DNA from: a virus | IMG/VR virus record: IMGVR_UViG_3300042691_037641 | Location: 3,931-67,930 of that record | Reading direction: 5' to 3' (one strand) | Length of the DNA stretch: 64,000 bases | Shown here: positions 61,721 to 64,000 of the stretch, piece by piece | Numbering within the stretch: the stretch's first letter is position 1 | Layout of the letters: each line of letters opens with the position of its first letter | Position numbers and translations under genes: made by a program | The notes under the pieces: generated by a model | The model's input: only the letters and a program-made list of their open reading frames with translations | Told to the model about the DNA's origin: nothing | The model's database searches: none

Positions 61721-61936
61721 TTATATTGTCAAATTTTGGAAAATCTCACACCCGTTATTTGTTGTAATTCTCAAATTAAAGGATGTCTGACCGTTAAAGA
61801 TATCAGGAATTTCAAAGTTGAATGTACCACCAGTTATTGTATTAATATAAATACATGAAGTGGTGGGATTGTCGCATAAGTAAACATTGAATGGACTTTG
61901 ACCTGATAAACCGTTTATTACAACTTCTGTTGGCAT
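61721..61936 (-). CDS. 71-aa stand-alone paralog of the N-terminal domain of the 1513-aa protein
   Basis: GLSGQSPFNVYLCD...CIYI...EIPDIF...LRITTNNGCEIF versus [15 protein letters not shown]...CIEV...TVPSVF...[12 protein letters not shown]. Confidence 0.8.
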   Translation of the reverse strand: MPTEVVINGLSGQSPFNVYLCDNPTTSCIYINTITGGTFNFEIPDIFNGQTSFNLRITTNNGCEIFQNLTI

Positions 61937-61953
61937 TATGAATTTTTTATATT

Positions 61954-61961
61954 CATAAATA
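61954..61961 (-). promoter_or_regulatory. TATTTATG motif heading the minus-strand block
   Basis: 17 nt upstream of start 61936, in the divergent intergenic region. Confidence 0.5.
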
Positions 61962-61987
61962 TAATAGGGTGGTAAAACTTGTGAAGG

Positions 61988-62016
61988 TTGATTGTAACTA
62001 ATTTATCCCTTATTTT
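61988..62016 (+). promoter_or_regulatory. Sigma70-like promoter TTGATT-N17-TATTTT for primase
   Basis: 17-nt spacing. Shares a CTTAT(A/T)TTT context with the SSB promoter. The -10 ends 6 nt before the ATG. Confidence 0.5.
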
Positions 62017-62022
62017 TACCTG

Positions 62023-62925
62023 ATGTCAGATGAAAAAGAAATACTGGTTGAATTATTAAGGGAAATTCTTGGTGACGAGAGACAACACTATGAGTACCGA
62101 GGTCAAATATCCTTCAACTGCCCTGTATGCGACGAAGAAAGAAACAAAGGTAATCTCGAAGTCAATTACTTACAACACGTATATAAGTGTTGGAGTTGTG
62201 CTGAAACTAATGGTACCCATGGAGCCCTTGGAAAACTGATTGACCTTTACGGAAACAAAAAACATAAGAAAGTATATAAACTTTTTAAACCCGAAGACAC
62301 CAAACCAAAAGAAAAACCAAAACAAAAATTAAGGTTACCCGAGAGTTTTATTTTATTCAAGGACTCAAACCCAATTTACCCTGTTTATAAACAAGCTTAT
62401 AACTATTTGAAAACAAGGGGCATAACCGATGAGATAATTGAAAAATACTCAATAGGATTTTGTGATAAGGGTAGTCACGCCGGTAGAATTGTTGTTCCCT
62501 CTTATGACATTGAAGGTGAATTGAATTATTACATTGCTCGAAGTTGGGACCCCAAGTCAAGAGCCAAGTACAAAAACCCACAAGCCGAGAAAGATAAGAT
62601 TATATTCAATCAACATCTTATTGATTGGAAAAAGGATGTCTATCTGGTTGAAGGTGTCTTCGATGGTTTCTTTTTACCTAATAGTATTCCCATGCTCGGA
62701 AAACATATGAGTGAGTTGTTGTTCAATACTCTTTATGATAAAGTTAAAAAGAATATTATAATAGCCTTGGATGGGGACGCTTGGGACAATGCGGTAAAAC
62801 TATATCGTGAGTTAAATGGTGGTAAATTATACGGTAAAATAAAAATTATTCATCTACCTAAAGATAAGGACGTATGTGACCTAAAAGGACAAATAGATGA
62901 ATACTATACACAAATCAAAGATTAA
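62023..62925 (+). CDS. DNA primase (DnaG-type, Zn-binding plus TOPRIM)
   Basis: NCPVCD...YKCWSC zinc ribbon, YLKTRGI, KYKNP, YLVEGVFD, IALDGDA, KDVCD. Confidence 0.9.
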   Translation: MSDEKEILVELLREILGDERQHYEYRGQISFNCPVCDEERNKGNLEVNYLQHVYKCWSCAETNGTHGALGKLIDLYGNKKHKKVYKLFKPEDTKPKEKPKQKLRLPESFILFKDSNPIYPVYKQAYNYLKTRGITDEIIEKYSIGFCDKGSHAGRIVVPSYDIEGELNYYIARSWDPKSRAKYKNPQAEKDKIIFNQHLIDWKKDVYLVEGVFDGFFLPNSIPMLGKHMSELLFNTLYDKVKKNIIIALDGDAWDNAVKLYRELNGGKLYGKIKIIHLPKDKDVCDLKGQIDEYYTQIKD

Positions 62926-62926
62926 C

Positions 62927-63781
62927 ATGAGTTTGAAAAAAATATCAGAAGAATTAAGGGAAATCCTGAACAATAGACGTAAAGATATTGAATTAACTTT
63001 CATAGAGGAAGAACACAAATACTTTATGAAAGATTCAAATGGAAAAATTAGAAGTGATTTTCCGTCGGTGTCTAAATTATTGAAAAAGTTTTATGAGGAG
63101 TTTCCTGCAGAAGAAATATCATTAAAGAAGGCGAAAGGTGATGTCGTAGAACAACAAAGATTACTTGCCGAATGGAAAGCCGCTGGTGATTATTCTACCA
63201 ATATGGGAAGTAGGGTTCACTTTCTTCTTGAGAAGAAAATACTCGACATGTTTGGTCATGATAAGGAGGTAAGGGAGCCTATGTTTGAATGTGACTTTAC
63301 TCAAACACTGAAAGGTGACAGTATGATAAATGCCGGTACTAACTACCTGAAGTTAATGAAGGAAAGAGGTGCTGAACTTTTAGATACTGAAATTGTTTTA
63401 GGGGACCCCGAGTTAGGATATACTGGACAACCCGATAAAGTGTGGGTGATAGAAAGTAAGGACAAAAAGAGCGTTGGTTTAATCATAACAGATTGGAAGA
63501 CAAACAAGCCAAAGAATTTTGAGGAAAATCAATTCACCAAAAGAATGAAGTCTCCCTTTCAAAAACACCCCGATAATGCGCTAGGGCACTACTTCCTACA
63601 ACTACCATTTTATGGGAAATTACTTAAAGAAATGTTAAAAGGGTCAAAGTATGAGGATATTAAAATTTTTGGTTGTATCATTGTATTATTAAAGGAAAAC
63701 TCCGATTTTGAGGAGTTCAGAGTACCCAAGGATGTACTTGATACGGTGTTCTCTATGGATATTAGAAAATATTTATCTTAA
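62927..63781 (+). CDS. PD-(D/E)XK family exonuclease
   Basis: FPSVSKLL, GSRVH, TGQPDKVW, ITDWKT, YFLQLPFY. ATG 62927, just after the primase stop, is preferred over 62897. Confidence 0.8.
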   Translation: MSLKKISEELREILNNRRKDIELTFIEEEHKYFMKDSNGKIRSDFPSVSKLLKKFYEEFPAEEISLKKAKGDVVEQQRLLAEWKAAGDYSTNMGSRVHFLLEKKILDMFGHDKEVREPMFECDFTQTLKGDSMINAGTNYLKLMKERGAELLDTEIVLGDPELGYTGQPDKVWVIESKDKKSVGLIITDWKTNKPKNFEENQFTKRMKSPFQKHPDNALGHYFLQLPFYGKLLKEMLKGSKYEDIKIFGCIIVLLKENSDFEEFRVPKDVLDTVFSMDIRKYLS

Positions 63782-63799
63782 TACTAAAAACTAAAAGCT

Positions 63800-64000
63800 A
63801 TGAAAAAACTAACTTATTTAATCGCGGCGACATTTTTATCTATTATTGTTTGTGCGGCATTTATCAGTAATCCTGTAATTCCTAAAAAATTAACAAATGC
63901 CGAAAAAATGTATTCGGCAATTATTTTATATGCCGACTCATTTAACATTCCCATTCATATTGCTTTCAACGTAGCAAGAATTGAGACCGGATATCGAGGA
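63800..64000 (+). CDS. Lytic transglycosylase (SLT-like) with an N-terminal hydrophobic anchor, truncated by the window end
   Basis: Not in the ORF track. Translates MKKLTYLIAATFLSIIVCAAFISNP...YADSFNIPIHIAFNVARIETGYRG, with the putative catalytic Glu in IET. Preceded by TATTTATC at 63770-63777. Confidence 0.65.
   Translation, partial: MKKLTYLIAATFLSIIVCAAFISNPVIPKKLTNAEKMYSAIILYADSFNIPIHIAFNVARIETGYRG

Noticed and set aside
42777-61936. Site-specific invertible segment
   Set aside because: I could not find inverted repeats at the boundaries by eye, and there is no recombinase/invertase gene in the window.
1-64000. Eukaryotic giant virus origin, suggested by the RNR type and Cys-rich mucin-like proteins
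   Set aside because: gp25/gp6/gp53-like baseplate genes, gp32 SSB, DnaB, DnaG-type primase, sigma70 promoters, intrinsic terminators and overlapping operonic genes indicate a tailed bacteriophage.
1-64000. Stop-codon reassignment as seen in some jumbo phages
   Set aside because: Standard-code ORFs tile the window densely, up to 3407 aa, and TAA, TGA and TAG all occur at sensible gene ends.

Overview
AT-rich, gene-dense segment of a jumbo (T4-like, contractile-tailed) bacteriophage genome in the standard genetic code. The host is probably Bacteroidota (inferred from SprB-type repeats, no Shine-Dalgarno sequences, and an SSB tail ending DLPF). Plus strand 1-42776 holds baseplate/tail genes (gp53/LysM-like, a 2334-aa hub, gp25, gp6, a gpI/gp7-like wedge, SprB-repeat proteins, a tail-collar protein). 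These are interrupted by a replication block (gp32-like SSB, RecA/UvsX, 5'-3' exonuclease, DnaB-like helicase, class Ia nrdB-nrdA) and followed by a RuvC-like resolvase. A 19.2-kb minus-strand block (42777-61936) encodes signal-peptide-less, Cys-rich 'beads-on-a-string' proteins of 3407, 1513 and 519 aa. In them, shared modules (putative beta-propellers, an Asp-box propeller, CC modules, a vWA/MIDAS domain) are separated by long Thr-Pro mucin-like linkers. The block also has two paralogous fibre proteins and two small putative adaptor proteins. Primase, a PD-(D/E)XK nuclease and a truncated lytic transglycosylase follow. A TATTTAT motif lies just upstream of about 12 start codons on both strands and is a candidate phage late promoter. 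All family assignments come from motif recognition by eye, not database searches.
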